Of a DNA stretch of 64,000 nucleotides, positions 19,714 to 31,100 are shown piece by piece. A program made the translations under genes and the position numbers. This stretch comes from Brevibacterium luteolum (GTDB lineage Bacteria > Actinomycetota > Actinomycetes > Actinomycetales > Brevibacteriaceae), in the NCBI RefSeq assembly GCF_013004595.1, contig NZ_JABEMC010000001.1, positions 434,001 through 498,000 on the forward strand, written 5' to 3'. A model generated the notes under the pieces. It had not been told where the DNA came from. It ran no database searches and saw nothing but the letters and a program-made list of their open reading frames with translations. Every line of letters begins with the position of its first letter. The first letter of the stretch is position 1.

Positions 19714-21408
19714 ATGAAGCACGACGTCATCCAGGAGCTCGGCTGGGGCCGGCTCGTTTTCGGCCAGACCTTCGCAGAGATCGAGGAGATCGGCCGGGTG
19801 CTGCGCGACGAAGCAGGCGGCACCCGCGATATCTGCATGTACCTTTCGGATCCGCATGTGCTCGTCGCACTGCATCCGGAGGAGTACTTCATCGACCCGA
19901 GCCACACTTACCGCCTCGATCTGGAGAACCGGCTGCCCGTCCCGGTCGAAGTGCCCGGCGTAAAGGTGCGTTCCATCGAGACCGAGGCCGACTGCGAGGC
20001 GATCAACCGCATCTACGTCACCCGCTCGATGGTCCCAGCCGACGTCAGCGTCATCTGGGACAACCACCGCAACGCCGAATCGATGCACTACCTCGTCGCC
20101 GAGGACGAATCGACCGGCGAGATCATCGGCACCGTCACCGGCGTCGACCACTCCGAGCTGTTCGACGACCCCGAACGCGGCTCCTCACTGTGGACGCTGG
20201 CGGTCGACACGACCAGCGGCCACCGCGGCCTCGGCCGGTTCCTCGTCGTCGCACTCGCCCGCCTGCTGGCCGAACGCGGTGCGGCATTCATGGACCTGTC
20301 GGTGATGTGGAACAACGAAGCCGCCATCAGCCTGTACGAGCACATGGGCTTCACCCGCATGCCGATCTACGGCGTCAAGCGCAAGAACGCCATCAACGAG
20401 CAGCTTTACGCCCAGCCGCGCATCGAGGGCCTCGACGAGCTCAACCCGTACGCCCGCATCATCGCCGATGAGGCCACCCGACGCGGCATCCGCGTCAGCG
20501 TTCTCGATGCCGACACCGGCTACATCCAGCTCGAATTCGGCGGCCGGACCGTCATCACCCGCGAGTCGCTGTCGCAGTACACCTCGGCGGTGGCAATGAG
20601 CCGGTGCGAGGACAAGCGCGTGACCCGCAAGATCGTCGAAGCCGCCGGCGTGCGCGTCCCGCAGGGCCGCAACGCCACCTTCGACGAAGGCGACGTCGAC
20701 TTCCTCGACGAGTACGGTCCGCTGGTCGTCAAGCCGGTGCGCGGCGAGCAGGGGGCTGGCATCACGATCGGCGTGCAGACGGAGAAGCAGCTCAAGGACG
20801 CACTCGGCCGCGCCGGAGGCGAGGGCTCCGAGGTGCTGCTCGAAGAGTTCTGCGAAGGTGAGGACCTGCGCATCCTCGTCATCACCGGCCGCGTCATCGC
20901 CGCAGCGATCCGCCGGCCGGCCGCCGTCGTCGGCGACGGCAAGACCCCGGTCGCCGAGCTCATCCGCAAGCAGTCCAAGCGCCGGGCAGCAGCCACCGGC
21001 GGGGAGTCAAAGATCCCGCTCGATGAGTCGACCGAGGCGACAGTGCGCGAGGAGGGCTACAGCCTCGACGACATCCTCGAACCCGGCAAGCGACTGCAGG
21101 TCAGGCGCACCGCCAACCTCCACACCGGCGGCACCATCCACGACGTCACCGACCGCCTGCACCCGGAGCTGGCGAGGGCCGCGATCACCGCCGCAGCGGC
21201 CATCGACATCCCGGTCACCGGCATCGACCTGCTCGTCCCCGACGTCGAGGGCTCCGACTACGTCTTCATCGAGGCCAATGAGCGCCCCGGCCTGGCCAAC
21301 CACGAGCCGCAGCCGGTCGCCGCCGAGTTCGTCGACTACCTGTTCCCCAACTCCAAGCGCACCCCGTGGGCGTGGGAACCGGACAAGCCAGCCGACCCGA
21401 CGAACTGA
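19714..21408 (+). CDS. ngg: N-acetylglutaminylglutamine synthetase (GNAT plus ATP-grasp)
   Basis: GWGRLVFGQTF, GNAT region, KRKNAINE, LNPYARII, KPVRGEQG, ANLHTGG, IEANERPGLANHEPQP. Confidence 0.9.
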   Translation: MKHDVIQELGWGRLVFGQTFAEIEEIGRVLRDEAGGTRDICMYLSDPHVLVALHPEEYFIDPSHTYRLDLENRLPVPVEVPGVKVRSIETEADCEAINRIYVTRSMVPADVSVIWDNHRNAESMHYLVAEDESTGEIIGTVTGVDHSELFDDPERGSSLWTLAVDTTSGHRGLGRFLVVALARLLAERGAAFMDLSVMWNNEAAISLYEHMGFTRMPIYGVKRKNAINEQLYAQPRIEGLDELNPYARIIADEATRRGIRVSVLDADTGYIQLEFGGRTVITRESLSQYTSAVAMSRCEDKRVTRKIVEAAGVRVPQGRNATFDEGDVDFLDEYGPLVVKPVRGEQGAGITIGVQTEKQLKDALGRAGGEGSEVLLEEFCEGEDLRILVITGRVIAAAIRRPAAVVGDGKTPVAELIRKQSKRRAAATGGESKIPLDESTEATVREEGYSLDDILEPGKRLQVRRTANLHTGGTIHDVTDRLHPELARAAITAAAAIDIPVTGIDLLVPDVEGSDYVFIEANERPGLANHEPQPVAAEFVDYLFPNSKRTPWAWEPDKPADPTN

Positions 21409-21654
21409 CCCCCGGGCCCAGCAAACTTACGCCTAACGCCCCCGCGAACCGGCCCCACCGGGCCCGAGGCGGGGGCTGAGTGCGTGCCGGGAGCCGCCTC
21501 GAAAGGCCCTCCAGACTCTGACATGCGGCTGGCCACAGCGCCTGCGGGCGCTATGGTGGCCACTGTGCGGGCATGCCCGGCATGCCCGCCACCATCCGCA
21601 GAGCCGACCGGCTGTGCGGACGCCCCCTTGAGCACGACAGAAGGAGGAGTCAGA

Positions 21655-23022
21655 GTGCCCCACGACGACACCGCCGACAGCGTTTACAACGTCGCTGAAC
21701 TCGGCAACGACAATGCCACCGGATTCACTGATCTCACACCCGGAGTCATCGACCAGGGGTGGATGCTCGACATCCTCTTCCGCCTGCTGCGCACCCCCTC
21801 TCCCTCGGGACGCACCGATGCCGTCATGCAGTTCATCGGCGACATCGTCGCCGACCTCGGCCTCAACGCCCAGCTCACCCGCCAGGGTGCGCTCATCGTC
21901 GAACTGCCTGCCGCCTCGGGCACGGATGACGGGGAGGCCGACGACGCTGACCTGCATGAGGAGATCGACGCCGAGCGCTGCATCGTCGTCCACGCCGACA
22001 CGATCGGCTGCATGGTCTCGAAGCTCAAGGACAATGGCCGGCTGTCGGTCGTGCCGGTCGGCACCTTCTCCTCCCGGTTCGCCGAAGGGGCGCGCGTGCA
22101 GATCATCACCGAGTTCCCCGATGTCGTCTACACCGGTACGATTCTGCCCCTCAAGACCTCCGGCCACGCCTACGGCGACGAGGTCGACGAGCAGCCGGTG
22201 AGCTGGGATGAGGTCGAGGTGCGCGTCGACGAGGCCGTCAGCGACAAGGCCGGCCTGGAGGGGCTCGGCATCGAGGTCGGCAACACGGTCGCGCTCATGA
22301 CGCATTCGTCGATGTCGAAGTCCGGCTACATCAACTCCCGCCACCTCGACGGCAAGGCCGGTGTCGCGATCGCGCTCGCCGCAGCCAAGAGCGCCATCGA
22401 CGGCAAGCTGCGCCTGCCGGTGAAGACGACGATCCTCGTGACGATCTTCGAGGAGGTCGGCCACGGCGCCTCGGCCGGTGTGTCACAGAACGTCGCCGAG
22501 CTCGTCTCGATCGACAACGCCGTGTGCGCCCCGAACCAGAACTCGCTCGAGCGCGGGGTGACGATCCCGCTCAAGGACATGCACGGCCCCTTCGACTACC
22601 ACCTGACCCGCAAGCTCATCCGGCTCGGGCAGCGCCACGGCCTCGACATGGCCCGCGACATCTTCACCTACTACCGCTCCGATGTCGCCGCCGCGCTGGA
22701 GGCCGGAGCCGGTGCGCGTGCGGCACTCATGGCGTTCGGGCTCGACGGTTCGCACGGCTGGGAGCGCACTCACGTCGATTCGCTCATCCAGTGCGCGAAG
22801 CTTGTGACCCTGTGGCTGCAGACGCCGCTGACGCTGGAGAAGTGGGATGAGCACCGCCTTGGCGGGCTGCGCGACTTCCCGTCCCAGCGCCAGCCGGCCA
22901 TCGCTGAGCGGGTCGGCGACCGGCAGCATGAGGGTGCGATCTCCAATGTGCCGCGCTATCGCGGCGCCGATGAGCCGGTCGATGCCAACGGGGTCGGCCC
23001 GGAGGGCTGGGATGAGGAGTGA
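21655..23022 (+). CDS. NAGGN-associated M42 family peptidase
   Basis: PSPSGRTD, HADTIG, SRFAEG, SRHLD, FEEVGHG, SHGWER; GGAGG RBS before GTG 21655. Confidence 0.85.
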   Translation: MPHDDTADSVYNVAELGNDNATGFTDLTPGVIDQGWMLDILFRLLRTPSPSGRTDAVMQFIGDIVADLGLNAQLTRQGALIVELPAASGTDDGEADDADLHEEIDAERCIVVHADTIGCMVSKLKDNGRLSVVPVGTFSSRFAEGARVQIITEFPDVVYTGTILPLKTSGHAYGDEVDEQPVSWDEVEVRVDEAVSDKAGLEGLGIEVGNTVALMTHSSMSKSGYINSRHLDGKAGVAIALAAAKSAIDGKLRLPVKTTILVTIFEEVGHGASAGVSQNVAELVSIDNAVCAPNQNSLERGVTIPLKDMHGPFDYHLTRKLIRLGQRHGLDMARDIFTYYRSDVAAALEAGAGARAALMAFGLDGSHGWERTHVDSLIQCAKLVTLWLQTPLTLEKWDEHRLGGLRDFPSQRQPAIAERVGDRQHEGAISNVPRYRGADEPVDANGVGPEGWDEE

Positions 23023-23079
23023 GCGCCGGTCCCGGGGCCGGCGCGCTTGGGGGCTGCGATACGGCCAAGGGGACCACGG

Positions 23080-23161
<82 letters not shown>

Positions 23162-23269
23162 GAAGCGCTCACCAGCTTAGACCAGCCGCCTGCCCGACGG
23201 CGAACCGGCTCGGCACACGGCGAGGGAAGCAGATCCCCCGCGTGTGCCGGGCCGGTTGCGTCAGGTCTG

Positions 23270-23326
23270 CCGGTCCCGAGGTGCGGGTCCGGTCCCGAGG
23301 CCTGGGCCCGGTTCCGAGATTCGGGT
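23270..23326. repeat. Degenerate 19-bp tandem repeat x3
   Basis: ccggtcccgaggtgcgggt / ccggtcccgaggcctgggc / ccggttccgagattcgggt. Confidence 0.7.
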
Positions 23327-23799
23327 CAGCCGTCGTCGATGCCGAGCTGCTTGCGCAGCCGGGCCACGTGGCCGGTGGCCTTGACGTTGTACTGCGCGTG
23401 CTCGACCGTACCGTCGGCATCGACGACGACAGTGGAGCGGATGACACCCTGGACGATCCTGCCGTAGTTCTTCTTCTCCCCGAAGGCACCCCATTCCGTC
23501 ATGACCGACTTGTCGGCATCGGAGAGCAGCGGGAAGTTCAGTGACTCCTTCTCACTAAACGTCGCAAGCTTCTCCGGCTTGTCCGGGGAGATGCCGAGGA
23601 CCTGCAGACCGGCGCTTTGCAGGGCTGCGAGCGAATCGCGGAAATCGCAGGCCTGGGTGGTGCAGCCTGGGGTCATGGCAGCAGGGTAGAAGTACACGAC
23701 GACGCGCTGGCCGCGGAACTCCGACAGCGTCACCTCCGCGCCGTCCGCTGCGGGCAGGGTGAAATCAGGGGCGGTGTTGCCGACCTCAAGACGGGGCAT
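23326..23799 (-). CDS. bcp: Thioredoxin-dependent thiol peroxidase
   Basis: APDFTL, YFYPAAMTPGCTTQACDFRD, GHV. Confidence 0.93.
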   Translation of the reverse strand: MPRLEVGNTAPDFTLPAADGAEVTLSEFRGQRVVVYFYPAAMTPGCTTQACDFRDSLAALQSAGLQVLGISPDKPEKLATFSEKESLNFPLLSDADKSVMTEWGAFGEKKNYGRIVQGVIRSTVVVDADGTVEHAQYNVKATGHVARLRKQLGIDDG

Positions 23800-24001
23800 G
23801 CTCATTCCTTTCAGGTGCACGGGTGCCGCGTTCACAGCTGCGGCGCTCGACTCGTCGAACGCCGGTTCCACCATATCCGGTGTGAACCGGTAAGCTCTAG
23901 AAGCAGAGACAATGATGTGGGACGACGGCACCTGCCGCCACTGTCTGGGCACCTGCCGGTCTCCTGCACGCCAGCCCCTTCGTGAGTGAGGAAGCATCCT
24001 G

Positions 24002-24286
24002 ATGAGCAGCAATGTCTACACCTCCGACGTTACCGTCGACAGCGCCAATAAGTCCCAGCTCGAAGAGTCGATCCGACTGCGCGAACAGCGGCTGGCTGCC
24101 AATATCGACGAGTTCGTCGGCCGGGTGCACCCGAAGGCGCTGACCCGTCGCGCCACCGACAACGCCAAGTCCGTCGTCATCAACGACGACGGTTCGGTCA
24201 AGGCTGACCGCGTCGCTCTCATCGGCGGTGCCGTGCTCGCCTCGGCCGCGCTGGTCACCCTGCTTGTCCTGCGGGCCAAGCGCTGA
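24002..24286 (+). CDS. DUF3618-like small membrane-anchored protein
   Basis: LEESI...EQRLAANIDEFVGRVHPK plus C-terminal TM; bcp/groES-like neighbourhood. Confidence 0.7.
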   Translation: MSSNVYTSDVTVDSANKSQLEESIRLREQRLAANIDEFVGRVHPKALTRRATDNAKSVVINDDGSVKADRVALIGGAVLASAALVTLLVLRAKR

Positions 24287-24288
24287 AC

Positions 24289-24612
24289 GTGGGCCAGACA
24301 TCGTCGCTTCCCATTCGCATGCTCCATGACCGGCTCCTCGTCGAGCCGGACGCGGAGCTCGGTGAGCGCACCTCGGCTGCCGGCATCGTCATCCCCGCGA
24401 CGGCTGAGGTCGGCAAGCGGCTGGCATGGGGCAGCGTCGTGGCAGCCGGCCCTCATGTCCGGCAGGTGCAGCTGGGAGACACCGTGCTCTTCGATCCTGA
24501 GGAGCGTGCCGAGGTCGAACTCGAGGCCACGACGTACATGCTGCTGCGGGAGCGGGACGTGCATGCGATCTCCGAGCAGCGAGCCTCAGAATCAACCGGC
24601 CTGTACCTGTAG
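24289..24612 (+). CDS. GroES-family co-chaperonin (no adjacent groEL)
   Basis: LHDRLLV, GIVIP, VVAAGP, GDTVLF, YMLLRERDVHAI. Confidence 0.85.
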   Translation: MGQTSSLPIRMLHDRLLVEPDAELGERTSAAGIVIPATAEVGKRLAWGSVVAAGPHVRQVQLGDTVLFDPEERAEVELEATTYMLLRERDVHAISEQRASESTGLYL

Positions 24613-24696
24613 TCCGTGAACCTCACCACATTCAGCGCTGAGGCTTGGATCTGATTTTGCAAGCCGCCGACGGATGTGTAGAGTTGTCTCTCGTTC

Positions 24697-24769
24697 GCAC
24701 CTCTAGCTCAATTGGTAGAGCAACTGACTCTTAATCAGTGGGTTCCGGGTTCGAGTCCCGGGGGGTGTA
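24697..24769 (+). tRNA. tRNA-Lys(CTT)
   Basis: GCACCTCTAGCTCAATTGGTAGAGC, ACTGA CTCTTAA TCAGT, GGTTCGAGTCC. Confidence 0.96.
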
Positions 24770-24781
24770 CAGATCCTTCGA

Positions 24782-24818
24782 AGAACCCGCTGTCTAGCGT
24801 TGCTGGACAGCGGGTTCT
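24782..24818 (+). terminator. Hairpin after tRNA-Lys
   Basis: AGAACCCGCTGTCTAGC-gtt-GCTGGACAGCGGGTTCT. Confidence 0.75.
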
Positions 24819-25180
24819 CTGCTGTGACCCGGCGGTCGTTGACGAGAGCCGAAACGTGGGTTGCACGTTAGCGTACACCGTCTCCTCCCGTTCCGTCCGC
24901 AGATCCGGTCAGCGGCGATCAGGATGCGTTGAGCCAGGGACCTGAGGCGCTCTTCCCCGGGGACAGGGGTCGGGGGCATCTCGTCAGCCGCTGGGCGCAG
25001 CCGAGCGCTCCGATCCAGGCGAGTGTGATAACTTTCTGGTAACGTGCATGAGGGATTCAGGAATCTCACACGATAATGGAATCGACGTCATCCGAATATA
25101 TGTTGCTTTAAGCCCTCTCCCCAAAGCGCTCGCGCTGCGTACGGCCGGGGCATCCCCGAACGATCAGAAGCAGGTGGCAT

Positions 25181-28100
25181 ATGCCCTCTCAGTCTACGTC
25201 CCAGCGACCTGACCGGCGCTTCAGTCTTCGCGAGATGTGGCGGCAGGCTGCGCATACTCCCGTCTTCAGGACTTTGGCCGGGGCGCTGGCTCTGGCGCTC
25301 GCGGTCGGGCTCGGCGTCGTTGCCGGCGTCATCGTGCCGGCAGGTGAGGCTGAGGCCAAGCCCATCACGCCGATGTCGCAGCGCTACAACGCCACTGTCA
25401 ACGGCGACTTCCTCATGGTGGGCAATGGTGCCCTCGAGTGCGATAAGACGAAACCGACATGGCGCACCGATGCCAACTGCACCGGCCTGCACGGCGGCTC
25501 CGCGAGCGACTCTCCGAATGACTTCCTGTGGATGAAGAACAGCGTCAACGGTGCTGCCGGCATGGGTGCGAACTCCTCCTCAGCGAGCGTCACCGTGCCG
25601 GCCGGAGCGAAAGTCGTCAAAGCGCAGCTGTACTGGTCGGGCAACACCGGCTACGTCAACGGGGTCGCCGGTGTGCGCTGCACGGCAAACGCGCGCGGCA
25701 CCCTGCCGAACTGGGTGGCCAGTGAGGGCAGCCCGCAGTCGACGCGGCCGCGCATCTCCGTCGCCGGCAGCGCACCGGTGTCGGTCGATGTCGGGCGCTA
25801 CACGCAGGAGAGCAACGCTGACCTGGGCAGCAACGGCATTCAGTACTACTCCGCCTCAGCCGACGTCACCGCACAGTTCGCCAATGTGCCCACCGGTTCA
25901 GCACAGACCGTGACGGTCGGTAACCTGTGGTCGGTCCAGGGATACGGCTGCTACACCGGCTGGTCGCTGGCGGTCGTGTACGACTTCGGCACATTCGTGC
26001 CCGGCAACGCCGCCGCCGCGGCCCGCACTGTCATTCTCTACGACGGTCACGTCCGCAAACAGCCGGGCGAGCAGTCGGAGAACGTCACGTTCGACGGCTT
26101 CACCGCCCAAGGCCCGGGAGCGCGCGCCGGGTTCAGCCTGTATGAAGGTGACCGCTCGATCAGCGGCGATACCGCCCGCTACCGGACATCGAGCAGCCCG
26201 ACGCTGCGCGAGATCCCCAACGCCTACGGGGAGACCGGCAACATCGGTGTGTCCCGGGCTGAAGGCTCGCAGAACTACCGGTCGTACCCGAACTCGAATC
26301 CCTTCGTCAACGCCAGCGTCGACGTGCTCACTACATCGCTGCCCAACGTCAGGGAGGGTGACACGAGCACCACGCTCAGCCTGTCGACGACCGGCGACTC
26401 GTACCTGCTGCAGAACTCGATCTTCTCCGTGCCCACTGGTGCGGTGCGCATTAAAAAGAGCTTCAACGGCACCGACGATACGCAGACCGTCAAGCAGGGG
26501 GAGCGGCCGAGCTACACGATCACCGTTACCAACAGCGGATCCACGGAACTGAGAAACGTCCGGGTCGAAGACCCTGCTGCCCCGGAGTGCGCCCGCACGA
26601 TCGGCAGTATGCCGGCCCCGACTGCTGACGGATACGAGCAGACTTACACCTGTGAGGGACCAGAGACCTCGCAACCGCTGACGAACACCGCCTCAGTGAA
26701 AGCGAGCACGCCGAACGGCGCAGACCTGGCATCCAGTGATACGAGCCAGGTCGAGACAGCTGGCATCGACGTCTCGAAGAACGCCGATCCCACCGTGGTC
26801 CCGGCAGGCGAGGACGTCACCTGGACGATCTCGGTGACCAACAGCGGATCCGTGCCGCTGGAGAACATCACCATTGAAGACAGCGTGCTGGACTCCTGCG
26901 ACCAGTCAGACCTGTCGCTGGCACCGTACGAGTCCCGCGAGTTCACCTGCAGCGGCCCGGTCACCGGTGTGACGACCAACAAGGTCACCGCCACCGGCGA
27001 GGCCGGATCGCTCACCGTCTCCGACGAAGCGACCGCCAGCGCCTCGGCGATCGCCCTGCAGCTGCAGAAGCAGGCTGGTGCGTTCACCGACGTCGACAAC
27101 TCCGGCACTCAGAACGCCGGCGACACCATCGAATACACCTTCAAGCTGACGAACTCGGGCTCGGCACCGCTGACGAACCTGTCAGTCTCCGACCCGAAGA
27201 TCGGCGACATCACCTGCCCATCGGACACCATCCTCGGCGTGGGTGAGAGCGTCGACTGCACGGCAGCGACCTACACCCTCACGCAGGCGGACGTCGATGC
27301 CGGCAAGGTCGACAACACCGCCACAGCCGAAGCGACCGACACGAACGGAATCGCCACAGCGAAAGCCGAGAGCTCAGCGACCGCAGAGATCTCCTCGATC
27401 TCCTCGGTCAACCTGCAGAAGTCCGCTTCGCAGATCACCTCTCCCGACGGCACTCCGCGCGAACCCGAAGACGTGGTTCCCGGCGACACGATCACCTACT
27501 CCTTCAGCGTGACGAACACCGGCACCACGACCCTGCGCGACGTCCGGCTCACCGATGAGCTGCTCGGCATCGACAATGTCGCCTGCCCGATCCCCGGCGG
27601 AGCGCTGGCCCCGGGTGAGACCGTCGAATGCCCGTCGGAAACCCACACGATCACGCAGACCGACCTCGATGACGAGAAGCTGGAGAACACCGCCACCGCG
27701 ACCGCCCAGCCGCCGCTGGGCGACCGGATCTCCAACGACTCCAGCATCACCGTGCCGGTCGGCAGCGACGCCGGTGCACTGCAGCTGATCAAATCGATCA
27801 CCGGCGGCAGCGATGCCGACGGCAATGGCCGCGTCAGCGCCGGAGACACCGCTGAATACAGCTTCACTGTCACCAACACCGGCAACGTCACACTGCGAGA
27901 TCTGGCCATCAGCGACCCGCAGGCACAAGGCGACATCACCTGTGAGGCGACGTCACTCGCCCCGCGCGAATCGACCACCTGCACCGGCGCGTTCCACGTC
28001 CTCACCCAGGACGACCTCGACTCCGGATCGTTCACCAACACCGCCACAGCCACCGGCAGGACTCCGCTGAACCAGGAGGTCAGCGCCGAGGACAGCGTCA

Positions 28101-31100
28101 CCGGCATGGTGACCCCGGCCTCGGGCATCAAGCTGACGAAGACCGTCGCCGACATCCCCGAGGGAGCAGGCGCAGGAACCGACGTGGAGTACACCTTCAC
28201 CATCGAGAACACCGGCGAGACCACGCTGCGCAACGTCACACTCGAGGACAACCGCCTCGACGCCCCGGCCACCTGCGACCCGGACACGACGACACTCGCC
28301 CCAGGAGAGACGCTGACGTGCACCGGCACGCACGCGCTGACCCAGGACGAAGTCGACGCCGGAGTGGTGAGCAACGACGCGCTCGCCACCGGCACCCCGG
28401 ACAAGGGCGACTCGGTCACCTCCGATGACCACACCGCAGCAGTCATCCCGACGGAACCGAGCATGTCGGCGATGAAGTCCTCCGGTGAGATCGTCGACGC
28501 CAACAACAACGGCCACGTCGATGCCGGGGACACCGTCGACTTCAGCATCACGGTGAAGAACACCTCGACCGTGACGCTGACCGACCTGCGCGTCGAAGAC
28601 CCGCTCATCTCCGATGAGCCGCTGGAATGCGGCACGACGACGATCGCTCCGCTCGATGAAGTCGTCTGCGGGCCGTTCACCTACACGCTGACGCAGGCTG
28701 ACATCGACGCCGGCGTCATCGTCAACAACGCCCACGTCGAGGTCACCCCACCGAGTGGGGAGAAGCTCACCGACGACCCGGTCGAGAGCGTCATCATCGA
28801 ACGGGATCCAGCGATCAGCGTCGAGAAGTCGGTCTCGGACCTGAAGGACACCGACGGCAACGGACCAGACCCCGGTGACACGCTGTCCTACAGCTTCGAG
28901 GTCACCAACACCGGCAACACGACCGTGACCGGCATCGAACTGACCGATGAGATGCTCGGCGGTGTCCTCGAATGCGGAACCGAGTTCCCGACGACGCTCG
29001 CACCAGGGGAGTCGGCGACCTGCGGGCCGATCGACTACTTCCTCAGCTTCGACGACGTCGACGCCGAGGGCGTGCGCAACACGGTGAAGGTCACCGGCGA
29101 CTCCCAGGGCACACCGGTCGAGAGCACCGATGAGCTGCTGACGCCGATCACCGGCGCGACACCGTCGATCGACCTGAAGAAGACCGGTGAGCACTCCGAC
29201 GTCAACGGCAACGGCATCGTCGACGTCGGTGATGAGATCACCTACACCTTCGATGTCACCAACACCGGTGCGATCACCCTTGCCGACATCGAACTCACCG
29301 ACCCCCGCCTCGGCGGCGCCGTCGAGTGCCCTGAAGAGGTGCTCGCCTCCGGATCGCAGATGACGTGCACCGGTGCGACGCTGACGATCACCCAGGAGGA
29401 CATCGACTCCGGGTCCGTCGACAACACCGCCACCGTCAACGGCAAGCCCCTCAACGGAGCCGACGAGGTCACCGACGACGGCAGCTTCAGCCTGCCGGTC
29501 ACCGGCATCCCGACCTTCACCATGGAGAAGAGCGCGAGCTCCGGTGAGGACCGCGACGGTTCGGGAACCGCGACCCCGGGTGACACCATCGACTACACCT
29601 TCGAGGTGACGAACACCGGAATCCTCACGATCTCGAACCTCGCCATCGACGACCCGAAGCTCGGCGAGGTCACCTGTGACCCGTCGACGCTTGCACCGGG
29701 TGCCTCGGTGACGTGCACGGCAGAACCGTACGAGATCACGCAGGCCGACATCGACGCCGGAGAGGTGGAGAACACCGCCACCGTCACCGGCACCGGCCCG
29801 CACGGCGACGATCCCGAGCCGGTGACCGACTCGGCCGTGCTGCCGCTGCCCAGCGCCCCGGACATCAACCTCGTCAAGACGAGCGGCCGTCCGATCGACG
29901 ATGACGGCAACGAGGTCGGTGACAGCCCGGACAATCCGGTGCGCGAAGGCAACCGGATCCCGTACACCTTCGAGGTCAAGAACACCGGCAACCTCACCTT
30001 GACCGACGTCGTCGTCAACGACGCCACCGTCAGCGACGACCCGATCACCTGTGAGGCCGACACCCTGGCCCCCGGAGAGACGACGACATGCGGGCCGGTG
30101 TACTACTCGCTCACGCTCGACGACGTCAACGCCCGCCACGTGCTCAACACGGCAACTGTCACCGGCTCGGCGTCGAACGGTTCGGAGGTCGACGCCACCG
30201 ACACAGTCGACACCGCGTTCTCCGGCCGCGGCGCGCTGACGCTGACGAAGGACAACTCGGGTGTCAACGACATCGACGACAACGGCGTCGACGTCGGCGA
30301 CACAGTCGACTGGACCTTCACGGTGCGCAACACCGGCACGCAGACCGTCAGCGACATCTGGATCGACGACGAGCTGCTGGCCGACAGCACCATCACCTGT
30401 GAAGCCACCGAACTCGCCCCCGGCGAGACGACCGACTGCACCGTCGCCCCGGCCTACGCGCTGACGCAGGCCGACGTCGATGCCGGCATGGTGGAGAACA
30501 CGGCGATCGCCCGCGGGAGGTTGAGCGAGTTCGACATCGAATCCCCGGAGACGATCTCGACGGTGACCTTCACCGGATACGGTGCCTTCGAACTCGACAA
30601 GACCGCCGGAGACGTCGTCGATGCCAACGGCAACGGCCGCACCGATGCCGGTGACACCATCACCTACGGCTTCCGTGTTGAGAACACCGGCAAGACCACG
30701 CTGACGTCGGTGAGCCTTGATGATCCGAAGCTCGGTCTCGAAGGCGTGGCCTGTCAGCTGCCCGACGGCGGACTGGCACCAGGTGCCGCCGTCGACTGCG
30801 CAGAGCAGACCTACACGCTCACCCAGGCTGACATCGACGCCGGCGAGGTGAAGAACATCGCCACGATCTCCGGTCGCGGCCCCGGCGCCCCGCCGGAGGA
30901 CTCGACCGATGAGGTGACGAAGGAACTCGACACCGCCAGCGCGATCGGACTGGAGAAGTCCGTCTCCGAGGTCGTCGACACCAACGGCGACGACCGTGTG
31001 AGCGCGGGTGACCAGGTCGAGTACTCCTTCGAGCTGACCAACACCGGTGTCACCACCCTGACCCGGGCGACCCTGACCGATGAGAAGCTCGGACTCGACG

